Positions 1 to 9,173 are shown, counted from the first letter of the stretch. The stretch is DNA of 32,000 nucleotides from Candidatus Thorarchaeota archaeon (GCA_048882505.1 JBHLRO010000012.1:77923-109922), one strand, 5' to 3'. Notes: generated from the letters alone by a model not told the origin. Program-made: numbers and translations.

Positions 1-1227
1 GCGGGCTTTCTCAATGTTACAAACGCGTGGGAAAAACTGAGATCTGCTCCCACTGAAAATAATCGGCCTGATCTGGTTTATCTACACCCCAAACAGTTAC
101 CAATTGATCCCTACGAAGTCTTGTTCAAGGGGAGTTCCATTGCTCTTAATCTGACCGTAATAACTGGACTGGAGAAGAAAGTTCAGGATACAATTCTATC
201 GTCCACTCTAATCCCGTATATAAGCCTAGAAGGAACTCCAATCGACATAAACAATTCCTTTCTATTACGTGTCAATTTTACAATCCCACTTAGTGCTGAA
301 GAACAATTGGTACAAGGTAATCTGACAATTGGCACCCAAAAAATACTAATCAGCTTTGAGATAAGATCGCCACAAGCGCGGGTTCTATTTGATGAGACCC
401 TTAATAGGATTGTACAACATGGGATTGGAACCACTTCTGCGGAAGTTAAAGGAGATACATCAAGTACGATAGGAATGTTCGCAGAGTTTACTAAATTTCT
501 CGCTTACGATAACAATTACAGCGTAACGCCGCACGTCAAAGGTGATTTAACGATAGAGGAATTATCCAAGTTTGACGTTCTTATTCTTCCTAACCCATTT
601 TCCCTCGCTAGTGATATCTATATGGATTGGGTAAGTAATCCAGGAAATTCCTATCTTATAGCCTCGCAAGAAAGCATTGATGCGATCCATCAGTTTGTTT
701 CAAAGGGAGGTGGCCTTTTGGTTTTAAGTACAGATCAGGAAAACTACAATTTAACGGCACTAAATGATTTCTTAACTCCATTTAATATTCAGATTCAATC
801 CACCGCCCCTGAGATTGTGACCGAGGCTATGATTATTGACAATTCGTTTAATTTCACTCAGAATGTCAATTCTTACCTGCATTGGGGTAATTATCTCTCA
901 AAGATTGGAAATTCATCCAATGAACGAATATTAGCCACTTCGAACGGGGAACCAACACTTATCGCACATCTAAATCCCTCAGGGGGAAGGGTTGTCGTTT
1001 TTGGATCTGATCTGGTATTCGACAATATCGGGTTTTCTTCGGAGTTGTACGGTAACCAAGAAAAAAACAGGATATTTGCCTTCAATACGGTAGCCTGGTT
1101 AAGTCAAAAAAGCCTAAAACCAACCACAACCGATTTACCGGAATTTCCCCTCCCCTTGATGCTTTTTTTACTTTTTTCAGCTATCGCTATATGCTATATT
1201 ATTTATACAAAAAAAAGCAATTCATAG
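1..1227 (+). CDS. 5'-truncated membrane-anchored protein; probable C-terminal part of an S8 (subtilisin-like) peptidase followed by a GATase-like/DUF4350-type domain and a C-terminal TM helix
   Basis: Frame 1 is open from base 1 (AGFLNVTNAWEKL..., resembling the GAG-x-[LIV]-[ND] motif that ends subtilase domains), so the TTG start at 121 is probably internal. DVLILPNP...FVSKGGGLLVL...LNDFLTPFNI...GRVVVFGSD...NTVAWL is typical of DUF4350/GldG/IFT52-like domains. Hydrophobic C-terminus followed by KK. Confidence 0.6.
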   Translation, partial: AGFLNVTNAWEKLRSAPTENNRPDLVYLHPKQLPIDPYEVLFKGSSIALNLTVITGLEKKVQDTILSSTLIPYISLEGTPIDINNSFLLRVNFTIPLSAEEQLVQGNLTIGTQKILISFEIRSPQARVLFDETLNRIVQHGIGTTSAEVKGDTSSTIGMFAEFTKFLAYDNNYSVTPHVKGDLTIEELSKFDVLILPNPFSLASDIYMDWVSNPGNSYLIASQESIDAIHQFVSKGGGLLVLSTDQENYNLTALNDFLTPFNIQIQSTAPEIVTEAMIIDNSFNFTQNVNSYLHWGNYLSKIGNSSNERILATSNGEPTLIAHLNPSGGRVVVFGSDLVFDNIGFSSELYGNQEKNRIFAFNTVAWLSQKSLKPTTTDLPEFPLPLMLFLLFSAIAICYIIYTKKSNS

Positions 1228-1287
1228 TGAAATAGGATGTTCATTAACGAACCTCTATTCCTTATCGTTCGGTGACTTACAGTTAGA

Positions 1288-2379
1288 ATGAGAGCCTCCG
1301 AAATGTCTGAGACGCAATCCGATCGCCTCCGTACAGTTCTAATGCGTATCATTGAAGGATTTTCTGACTATTTCGTTTCTCGGGTTGCAGCTACCTATAA
1401 TGAAACGCCTTCTAAGGTCAATGTTCGAAACATATCCGCTGAAAGAAAATTAGGGACCACCGGAATCCATATCGTTAAGGTCGCCCTTGAGTCTGATCTG
1501 GGGGAAGATGAGGCAAGCATAGCTGTCAAAATATACGAACAAAAAGACCAAGCTGCGGAAGTGGTAAAACGGATTAACTCCCTTCAGCAGCGCATCACTC
1601 CGTATCGTAATTTGGGTGTTTCTTCCGCGGCAGTTATCTTCTTCTCCGGTAGTGTGGTTATTATGGAAGGTATTCCAGGTGATGTATTTCGTGACTCAAA
1701 AATTCCTAGACCACAGAAGTATAGATATGCTGGAAAGGCGCTAGCTGTGTTCCATGGAAACAAAAGGGAAAAAGTGTGGTTTGATAAGTATAAATTATTA
1801 CTAAATCGTAGTTTGCAGAGCTTGCCAAATATTATTTCAAACTCTGGAAAAATTACCCTGAGAGATCGATTTAATGAAGTTTTACCTGCTGTAGAACGAG
1901 TTTCCGTGAACTCGGGGGCGATTACATTTGGTGATTTCCACCCAGGAAATGTGATTTTCGATATCAAATTGGGGAGAGCTCCCATGATTCAGACACATTT
2001 AATTGATCCGGAGTTCCTAGATATGACTAGTACTGATCATGAACGGCTCGAAGATATTTGTAACTTTTTTGCTGTAGAAACGGTGGATGTTTACAGGCAA
2101 GATCCAGAACTAAGAACGCTTCGTTTAAATTTAAAGTCTTTTTTATCTGGATATAAGGAATTTCTGGCGCTAGGGCAATCTTCCTTGGCTGAAATGTATC
2201 CAAATGATAAGAATTATATTCCCATTAATTTTCATTTAGCATTGATGGTTTTAATGTCCATACTCAACATTCAAGGGATGCCTGAATTGTTTGGGGGTGA
2301 TCAGGGACTAAAGAAGGAAATATTATTACGGCAGGAGCTAATTGAGCGGCTTTTAACGTGGGAGTCTTTCCCCGATTGA
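1288..2379 (+). CDS. Aminoglycoside phosphotransferase/choline kinase-like (protein-kinase-fold) small-molecule kinase
   Basis: AVKIY lysine, VIMEGIPG hinge, catalytic loop GDFHPGNV, metal-binding LIDPE. Confidence 0.75.
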   Translation: MRASEMSETQSDRLRTVLMRIIEGFSDYFVSRVAATYNETPSKVNVRNISAERKLGTTGIHIVKVALESDLGEDEASIAVKIYEQKDQAAEVVKRINSLQQRITPYRNLGVSSAAVIFFSGSVVIMEGIPGDVFRDSKIPRPQKYRYAGKALAVFHGNKREKVWFDKYKLLLNRSLQSLPNIISNSGKITLRDRFNEVLPAVERVSVNSGAITFGDFHPGNVIFDIKLGRAPMIQTHLIDPEFLDMTSTDHERLEDICNFFAVETVDVYRQDPELRTLRLNLKSFLSGYKEFLALGQSSLAEMYPNDKNYIPINFHLALMVLMSILNIQGMPELFGGDQGLKKEILLRQELIERLLTWESFPD

Positions 2380-2660
2380 GCAAACCGTTTTTTCTTATAA
2401 TAAAGAACAGAAACACAAAGAGAAAAGCCAAAATTCATTGAGTGTGGGAGAATTAAGCATTTTCCCGATTTGAGTCTGAAAGGTAATTTAAGGGGGAATA
2501 TGTGATAATCGTTCCTCAACAACGACTGGATCCGATTATCGAGTAAGTATTTAAATAAAATTTGATCACATAGATTAATCTAGGTAAAAGCACACTACAG
2601 ATCTAAGGGTTTAAACCTTGGTAGGAGTTAATCCTTGGTTCCTTTCTGATGGCCTGTTAA

Positions 2661-3656
2661 ATGCTCTCGAATAGCTTTGTGAAAGATGTGGACAAAATTC
2701 GACGTGACACCGCAAGTGGTGCTGCAAAGATCGCAGAAGATTGCTTGCAAACATTGAAACGGGAGTGTGTTCGAAGGCCGATACTTTCGTTGAATCGGAG
2801 TTTGCTGAAAACTGCCATCCAGATGTTACTGAACACTCATCCAATGGCTACTATCGAAAACGCCCTTTTTCCTGTTTATTTGCGGCTGGCAGAGATACTT
2901 CGTGCCAACGAAAATAGTAACCGTCGAGGGGTTGTCGAAATGGTCTTTAATACTCATATCGACCATTTGAGGCAAGGAGAGAAGAGAACCATAAACACAT
3001 TGGCTGAAATTTTAAGACCTATTGACAAATTACTCACTTTTTCTTACTCGTCAACGGTTATTAAGGCTCTACTCCAGCTCGCGAGTTCAGAAGATCACGA
3101 TAAAGACATTTATGTATTGGAATCACGACCGTTAAAAGAAGGTGAGAGGACCGCTAGAACCTTGGCCAACGCAGGATTTAACGTAACCCTAGGCGTTGAT
3201 TTCGCAGTCAATGAATTCTCTCAACAAGTAACAACTGCTGTTCTGGGTTGTGACACAATTCATACTCATAATGGTAATATTTTAAATAAAATCGGTTCTG
3301 CTACTATTGCCCAAGTATTTAACACGCAATCCAAAGATGTAATTGTAGCAGGCTCATTTTCGAAGGTTTGTCTTTCTGGCCTGCTTTTCTCTCATGATCC
3401 AACCTGGGATATGCCGATTACAGAACGCAATCCCAAAGAAGTTTCTTCCATTGTTGGCCCCAATCTCGTCGTCTGGAACAAATATTTCGAGTTAATACCC
3501 CCAGAATATGTTACGTTATTGGTATTAGACAAATTCGAAATCCCATCCCCAATTACAGATCACATACCCAAATTCGTCGAGAAGAATTATGGTGTTGCCT
3601 CACACATTGATGACCTGAGAGAAGTGTGGCTTGGTGCTGAATACTCTGTTGTGTAA
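2661..3656 (+). CDS. eIF-2B alpha/beta/delta family (IF-2B) protein, regulatory-subunit-like
   Basis: D-x-x-SGA, LTFSYSSTV, VLESRPLKEG, LGCD, NKIGS and YFELIP motifs. It lacks the TH-C catalytic Cys of MtnA/ribose-1,5-bisphosphate isomerase. Confidence 0.85.
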   Translation: MLSNSFVKDVDKIRRDTASGAAKIAEDCLQTLKRECVRRPILSLNRSLLKTAIQMLLNTHPMATIENALFPVYLRLAEILRANENSNRRGVVEMVFNTHIDHLRQGEKRTINTLAEILRPIDKLLTFSYSSTVIKALLQLASSEDHDKDIYVLESRPLKEGERTARTLANAGFNVTLGVDFAVNEFSQQVTTAVLGCDTIHTHNGNILNKIGSATIAQVFNTQSKDVIVAGSFSKVCLSGLLFSHDPTWDMPITERNPKEVSSIVGPNLVVWNKYFELIPPEYVTLLVLDKFEIPSPITDHIPKFVEKNYGVASHIDDLREVWLGAEYSVV

Positions 3657-3686
3657 TATCCTGCTATAGAGTCAACACAAGGTAGA

Positions 3687-5507
3687 TTACCACGGTTTTA
3701 CCAGCTCAGGCTGGATAACGGGATTCTCAAAAACCAATGTACCACGATAAGGATCACGTTTCCGTCTAGGACGTATTTTGACAATAGTACCGGAAGTAAT
3801 CATTAATTTCACGCTATCTTCGAGAACAGGTTTGAATCCACTGTCAAAAACGAGGTTCCAGGTTGAGTTGTTTCCTTCATTCCAAGCAATCAGATGAATT
3901 TCATCTCTTTCAGGTGAATCTATTAGATCTAAAACATGATAAAATCCTTTGAACTGCCTAGCTGGGCCTTCCTCCTCATCATGTGAATTAATTTCGATGG
4001 GAATCTCCTTGAGTAGAAGAGTCGGGATCCCACGTTTTGAATTATCTTTTGCTCTGTTTTTTAATTCCTTTTTAAAGAGATCTAGAACTTTCAGATCGAG
4101 TTCAACCAGATCTGGTCTGAGTCTCGAAAACACAAATAGTCGATAAAGAGACCTAGGCCCTTCTTCCGTCTTTTCAAAGTTTTTCACAACGAACTTGAGA
4201 ATTTGGATTGCCAGCTCACGCTGACCATGAGTATATAGGTCCACAGCATAAGTATGGACAGAAGAAAGTACCCCTTCAATCAGATCTGGATACCTTTTCA
4301 CCAGAACTGCTGCGTTATTCTCTTGTCCTATCGCAACAAGTGAAACAGCAAGTCCTAGAAGTTGGGTGGATGACAATTCAGGGTCCATTGCGGGAATGCT
4401 CTTAAAAAGAGATAGAGCTTGTTCATATTCCCCTAACAATAGATAGAGAAGTCCTTGTAACGAAATAACATTTTCGATGGCTTCCTTACCAACGGAGATA
4501 AAATTCATAAACACTCTGCATGCTTCGGCATGGACGAGCGCTTCAGTGACCTGATTTCGGGTTAACTTATAGTCTAGTAGCCAGGAGTGATGTTCAAATA
4601 GTTCTGAGCGCAGCATCCTCTCAACAATGACGCGTTGTTCAAGACTTCCGATCTGGTAAATTAGCTGTGAACTTGTTGCCAGGATTTCTGTAATTATATT
4701 TTCTGCCTCTTGGATGTTAAAACTTTCACGTGCATCTCTTGCTTTTATAACGAGCTGTTGAGCTACCAGCAATGCATCCTCAGGGGTGAGAATCTCTAAT
4801 TGGTTTTTAATGGGAGAAGATTCAGCGGATATAATGTCCCCTTTCTCCCCTTTGTCACCAGAACTGAATTGCGCAGCGGTTCGAACGAACCGGGCCGTAT
4901 CGCCCAGGTCCTTAATCAACATTGCTACATCAATATATCTTCTGGTTCGCTTTTTATAACTCCAAGAAGCGTGAAACACCCTTTCAACAGTTTTATCAAG
5001 TATCTGACGCATTTTTGGATCTTTAACGGATGCTGAGAGAACCGAGACAAAAGATCCACATGAAAGATGGTCAATTCCCCGAAAGATGGCATTTTCTTTG
5101 ATAATTCGGGCTACACCTTCGTCATCAGAAACACAGGCAACTTTGTTGTTGTCTATTAGTGTGAATTTTTTTGCCAGGATTACTACATCTATATCTGCTG
5201 GATCCTTGTCGGCCCTTACCATGTGCTCCTTTTGAGAGTATGCCGCAATTTGAGTCCAGAGGTTAGATTTTCGATTAACCGGTTCAAGTCTTACATATTT
5301 TGGTATACTGGTTCGCAGTTCCCGAAATTTCCCTGGAATGTCAGACTTAGGGATTTCTGCCGGGACCATGATTTCCATCCCTACGGATCGTGCAATCTCC
5401 TGCAACTTCGGTAAAAGAGAGTTGATGACACCGGCGTTTAATAGTGAGATGAAAAAATTGGTATCTATTACAACAATATCAAATACGGGCTTAGAATCAG
5501 CTGCCAT
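3687..5507 (-). CDS. PIN-domain protein with TPR-like helical region and beta-rich C-terminal domain
   Basis: VVIDTNFFISLL ... DPADIDVVILA ... VSDDEGV acidic PIN motifs. TPR-like LQGLLYLLLGEYEQALSLFKSI. Long clean ORF of 606 aa. Confidence 0.7.
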   Translation of the reverse strand: MAADSKPVFDIVVIDTNFFISLLNAGVINSLLPKLQEIARSVGMEIMVPAEIPKSDIPGKFRELRTSIPKYVRLEPVNRKSNLWTQIAAYSQKEHMVRADKDPADIDVVILAKKFTLIDNNKVACVSDDEGVARIIKENAIFRGIDHLSCGSFVSVLSASVKDPKMRQILDKTVERVFHASWSYKKRTRRYIDVAMLIKDLGDTARFVRTAAQFSSGDKGEKGDIISAESSPIKNQLEILTPEDALLVAQQLVIKARDARESFNIQEAENIITEILATSSQLIYQIGSLEQRVIVERMLRSELFEHHSWLLDYKLTRNQVTEALVHAEACRVFMNFISVGKEAIENVISLQGLLYLLLGEYEQALSLFKSIPAMDPELSSTQLLGLAVSLVAIGQENNAAVLVKRYPDLIEGVLSSVHTYAVDLYTHGQRELAIQILKFVVKNFEKTEEGPRSLYRLFVFSRLRPDLVELDLKVLDLFKKELKNRAKDNSKRGIPTLLLKEIPIEINSHDEEEGPARQFKGFYHVLDLIDSPERDEIHLIAWNEGNNSTWNLVFDSGFKPVLEDSVKLMITSGTIVKIRPRRKRDPYRGTLVFENPVIQPELVKPW

Positions 5508-5620
5508 TTATTAGGAACTCCAAGGAAATCTGTCTTCTCACCTTCAACAATTCACCCAGGAGCCGTTGGGAATATAGGAAGGTTTTTCTTTAAAAAGCCT
5601 GACATAGTTATCTAGAAAGT

Positions 5621-5626
5621 AAAAAA
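5621..5626 (-). terminator. Oligo-U tract directly after tRNA-Cys (archaeal-type terminator candidate)
   Basis: Plus-strand A6 reads as U6 on the tRNA strand at the tRNA 3' end. Confidence 0.4.
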
Positions 5627-5697
5627 GCGGAGGGCGTGATTTGAACACGCGTTAAACTGCTTTGCAGGCAGCCCCATAACCACTTTGGTACCTCCGC
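5626..5697 (-). tRNA. tRNA-Cys (GCA), intronless, CCA not encoded
   Basis: Reverse complement GCGGAGG-TA-CCAAAGTGGTTATGG-G-GCTGC-CTGCAAA-GCAGT-TTAAC-GCGTG-TTCAAAT-CACGC-CCTCCGC-T: 7-bp acceptor stem, GCA anticodon (plus-strand 5663-5665), canonical T-arm, U73 discriminator typical of tRNA-Cys. Confidence 0.95.
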
Positions 5698-5932
5698 AGG
5701 AGGATCAACGTTTGTTTAATGATTTTCTGTAAATTCAATTTTCAATTAATTCAATAGATTAGGAACCCTGACTTGAGACGGTTCTCATTTTCAGCGGTAC
5801 TAAAACTTTTTCCTCCATATGTGAAAAGGATTATTTATAGGAGGATATGGGTTTGGATAAAATACTTAGAAATCACTGATTCACAATTTTTCGACAGATT
5901 AAATTATCAATATTTAGTCAAATGAAGGTAAG

Positions 5933-6820
5933 ATGATGTCTACACAACGTCTGTTCGTTTACTCTCCCTCTCTTGATGGGGAATACGTCCCCATAAAGTT
6001 TAATCCTGAAAAAGATATGATCGAATCCGAAGTACTTATTTTCTTGGACGATGAGGAGCGGCAGATTTTTATCTGGACGGGGTCAGAAGCACCCGTTAGG
6101 AAGAGGTTTATCTCAAGCCAGATCGCTCGTCAAATGCGCCTCGAAAAGGGAATGACCTTTAGAGTTAGCACAGTTGACGAAGGTAATGAAACCAAAGAAT
6201 TTAATGCCCTGATTATGAGGATTGGCGCCGAAGGCATTAATCCAGGGCCGCTTCTGGAAGTTTCCCCGCCTCTTGGGGCTGCAGATCTTCCAGTACCCAC
6301 TCCTGATGATTTAAAACCATCTAAGAAAGATCGAAAGAAAAAGAAATCAAAAGTAACAAAGGCAAAGACTTTAGCTGCCCTAAGAACGCCAACCTCGTCC
6401 AAACAAGCACCTCCCTCATTTCAGACACCAATCATCTCTTCTTCGCCAACAGTTAGCTCGCTAGCTTCTATTCCGTCCTCAAGCAATTCCAGGGGTTTTT
6501 ATTATTCGGTTGACCAAGAGTCTGAGGTAACAAGAGATGAGGCTAAGATCATATTCCCTGCCGAAAGCCAAGATGTAATCTTTACAACGTTATTGGTATC
6601 TACTCCATCGGAAAGCGGAAAAATTGAATTTTTCTCTTTAGCTGGAAAATCAAAAACAATTGAAGTAGAAAAAACGGAGGATCCCTTCCTGGTCATATAC
6701 CTGACTCCCAAGGCACGTCCAGTTTATGAGCTAGATGATCTATATATTCCTATACCGAAAGGGAATTCTGTTTATCTCACATGTCCTTCTCAAACATTTA
6801 TAGGGATAAATTTGAAATAA
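5933..6820 (+). CDS. Gelsolin/villin-like domain protein (one gelsolin domain + Pro/Lys/Ser-rich linker + unknown C-terminal domain)
   Basis: EVLIFLDDEERQIFIWTGSEA...RVSTVDEGNETKEF matches the gelsolin-fold pattern (strand-D, I-x-I-W-x-G, [DE]-EG-x-E-x-x-EF). Confidence 0.8.
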   Translation: MMSTQRLFVYSPSLDGEYVPIKFNPEKDMIESEVLIFLDDEERQIFIWTGSEAPVRKRFISSQIARQMRLEKGMTFRVSTVDEGNETKEFNALIMRIGAEGINPGPLLEVSPPLGAADLPVPTPDDLKPSKKDRKKKKSKVTKAKTLAALRTPTSSKQAPPSFQTPIISSSPTVSSLASIPSSSNSRGFYYSVDQESEVTRDEAKIIFPAESQDVIFTTLLVSTPSESGKIEFFSLAGKSKTIEVEKTEDPFLVIYLTPKARPVYELDDLYIPIPKGNSVYLTCPSQTFIGINLK

Positions 6821-7023
6821 TTGGATCTAACGATGACACCTATATGGCAGTAAGTCATTTGTACAGATTTGTTTGTCAGGTGGGGAGATTTAATCAAAGT
6901 CTTTCTTGACAATCCCCGGTAAGGTTACTCGGGGCCGAAATCTTCAAAATTATCAAATATAATTCGAAATTATTCCAAATACTCTCTGGACATATAATTT
7001 ACGAAGATGCTGAGGCTTCCTTT

Positions 7024-8337
7024 ATGAGTAAACAGAAGACAAGTTCGAGACTCTCTGGATTTTTCAAGCTGAGTATTGAAGAGCGTCAAGTAAAAATCCA
7101 AAATTTGTGTAACTTAACGAAAGATGAGATCGAGTATCTAGCTTTGTCCACGGCAACCTTGGATAAAGCAGGCAAAGGATATTACATCGAAAACCCGATC
7201 ACTGTAATGCAGGTGCCGCTTGGGATTGCTCCCAATTTCAGGATAAATGGAGAGGATGTGTTGGTACCAATGGCAGTGGAAGAAGCCTCGGTAGTTGCAG
7301 CAGCTGCGAATTCAGCTAAGGTTGCTCGGGAAAGTGGGGGATTTTCGACCAGCGCGACAGATCCTATCATGATCGGACAAATACAATTGGTTGAGGTACC
7401 TGATCCCTTTGCAGCAAAGGCAAAAATCTTGGAAAGCAAGCAAAAGATCGTTGAACTAGCCAACCAACAAGATCCAATGCTGGTGAAATTCGGAGGCGGA
7501 TGTCGAGATGTCAGGGTTAAAGTTCTAGAAGATACACTTCAGGGGCCTATGGTTATCACAGAACTTCTTGTAGACGTCCGGGATGCGATGGGGGCAAATG
7601 CCGTTAATACGATGAATGAAGCTGTCGCTCCTTTATTGGGTAATATTGCCGGAGGAAAACCGTTACTTCGAATAATTTCCAATTTAGCAGATAAGCGACT
7701 AGTACGTGCTACTGCACGATTTAAGGCAACTGAGTTGGCAACTGCGTCTCTTTCTGGAGAGGAAGTAGTCGAAGGAATTTTAAACGCGTACGCATTTGCT
7801 GATGCGGATCCTTACAGATGTAGTACACATAATAAGGGGATAATGAATGGCATTGACGCAGTCGCTCTGGCAACGGCCCAGGACTGGCGAGCGATTGAGG
7901 CAGGTGCACATACTTATGCAGCCATGAAGGTTCCTGGAAAATATTCGTCTCTCACAACCTGGGAAAAGGATTCAAACGGAGATTTAGTGGGAACTATTGA
8001 ACTCCCTCTTGCAGTTGGTGTGGTGGGTGGTATTGCCAGTATACATCCCCTAGCACAGATTTCGTTCAAAATCATGGGATTAAGCGTCCCTGGTGGTGCT
8101 CAAAAGCTTGCTGAGACCATGGCTGCCGTGGGGTTAGCCCAGAATCTTGGTGCACTTCGTGCTTTGGCCACTGTAGGAATACAGGCAGGCCATATGCGCC
8201 TTCATGCTAGAAATCTGGCCGCAAGCATGGGAGCTGAGGGCAATATTCTAGATAGGATCGTAGAGGAAGTAACAAAACAGAATATCAAGGTAACATTCGA
8301 TAACGTCAAAAAGATATATGATAAACTCAAAGACTAG
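7024..8337 (+). CDS. mvaA: 3-hydroxy-3-methylglutaryl-CoA reductase, class II (bacterial/degradative type)
   Basis: MAVEEASVVAA (catalytic Glu), DAMGAN, THNKGIMNG (catalytic Lys), GIQAGHMRLH (catalytic His). N-terminal SRLSGFFKLSIEER is typical of class II. Confidence 0.95.
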   Translation: MSKQKTSSRLSGFFKLSIEERQVKIQNLCNLTKDEIEYLALSTATLDKAGKGYYIENPITVMQVPLGIAPNFRINGEDVLVPMAVEEASVVAAAANSAKVARESGGFSTSATDPIMIGQIQLVEVPDPFAAKAKILESKQKIVELANQQDPMLVKFGGGCRDVRVKVLEDTLQGPMVITELLVDVRDAMGANAVNTMNEAVAPLLGNIAGGKPLLRIISNLADKRLVRATARFKATELATASLSGEEVVEGILNAYAFADADPYRCSTHNKGIMNGIDAVALATAQDWRAIEAGAHTYAAMKVPGKYSSLTTWEKDSNGDLVGTIELPLAVGVVGGIASIHPLAQISFKIMGLSVPGGAQKLAETMAAVGLAQNLGALRALATVGIQAGHMRLHARNLAASMGAEGNILDRIVEEVTKQNIKVTFDNVKKIYDKLKD

Positions 8338-8519
8338 CACCCTAGGCGAATGAACTCCCTAGTTCTTCTCCTGAAAAGCGAAGCAGTTGGCTTTGCTTCG
8401 CGAAATTCAGTCCATGATGAGCTCTGGAATCGGTAATTCCAATATAACGTAGTTATTTTTTTCTCACCAAGACCTTTTATTATTGGTTCATGGATTTGTC
8501 CCCGCTCATTTAGGGTGCA

Positions 8520-9173
8520 TTGATTATGGATATCCTCAGTACTGTCTTACTTCTAATAACTGGAATCCTTGCCCTCGTCATGGGCGCTCTTCTCATTAAG
8601 GAATACCTCTCGAGCAAGAATTTAGCTCATTTGGCCTGGAGTATAGGGTTTATAGTGCTATTTGCTTCCGGACTTCTTATTATCATATTCGATTTCGCAA
8701 TACTGACCGAACCTTTGGTACCTGTGGTGGCTGCCTTAATACCTGGTACTTTAGCAATCGGGCTGCTGTTTGCTGTTTGGCCAGATAAACCTTACGGGCT
8801 ACTTTACACTATATATACCGTTGTGGTTGTTGGGTCGCTAGCAATAGTTCGAATAGCCCCTGAACTTTCAAGTTTCTCTACTCCTGTACTAATGGCAATT
8901 CATATCCCCAGTGGATTATTGATTGTCATCATTCCCATCATCACGGCTTGGCAAAAGGAAACAGAGATCACTAGTATATTTTTCGGGATAGGCGGCCTTC
9001 TAATAAGCACAGGAGGAATACTACTAGCTTTTCTTAAGCTTGGTAGCCCCATACTAACTCAGGAACAGATTTTTGCTGTTCTCCCGTTACTTCTTGTATT
9101 GGTAGGGATTTTTTTTGTATTAGGGATAATCCTTCCTTCGAAATGGAAGATAGAAATCCCCTTGCTTGGCTAA
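8520..9173 (+). CDS. Hypothetical polytopic membrane protein (about 7 TM helices)
   Basis: Seven hydrophobic segments separated by short loops. No retinal-binding Lys in helix 7. Confidence 0.7.
   Translation: MIMDILSTVLLLITGILALVMGALLIKEYLSSKNLAHLAWSIGFIVLFASGLLIIIFDFAILTEPLVPVVAALIPGTLAIGLLFAVWPDKPYGLLYTIYTVVVVGSLAIVRIAPELSSFSTPVLMAIHIPSGLLIVIIPIITAWQKETEITSIFFGIGGLLISTGGILLAFLKLGSPILTQEQIFAVLPLLLVLVGIFFVLGIILPSKWKIEIPLLG

Noticed and set aside
2661-3656. Call as MtnA or ribose-1,5-bisphosphate isomerase
   Set aside because: The catalytic Cys and the RGAP-type motif are absent.
5560-5700. Integrated element at tRNA-Cys
   Set aside because: No duplicated tRNA 3' end (att site), integrase or transposase was seen in the window.
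8350-8375. Eukaryote-like SECIS element (AUGA...UGA) after HMGR
   Set aside because: The intervening sequence cannot form the required helix, and HMGR has no in-frame UGA.
8520-9173. 7-TM protein as a rhodopsin (Asgard schizo- or heliorhodopsin)
   Set aside because: No retinal-binding Lys in helix 7 and no recognisable helix-3 motif. Kept as a hypothetical membrane protein.
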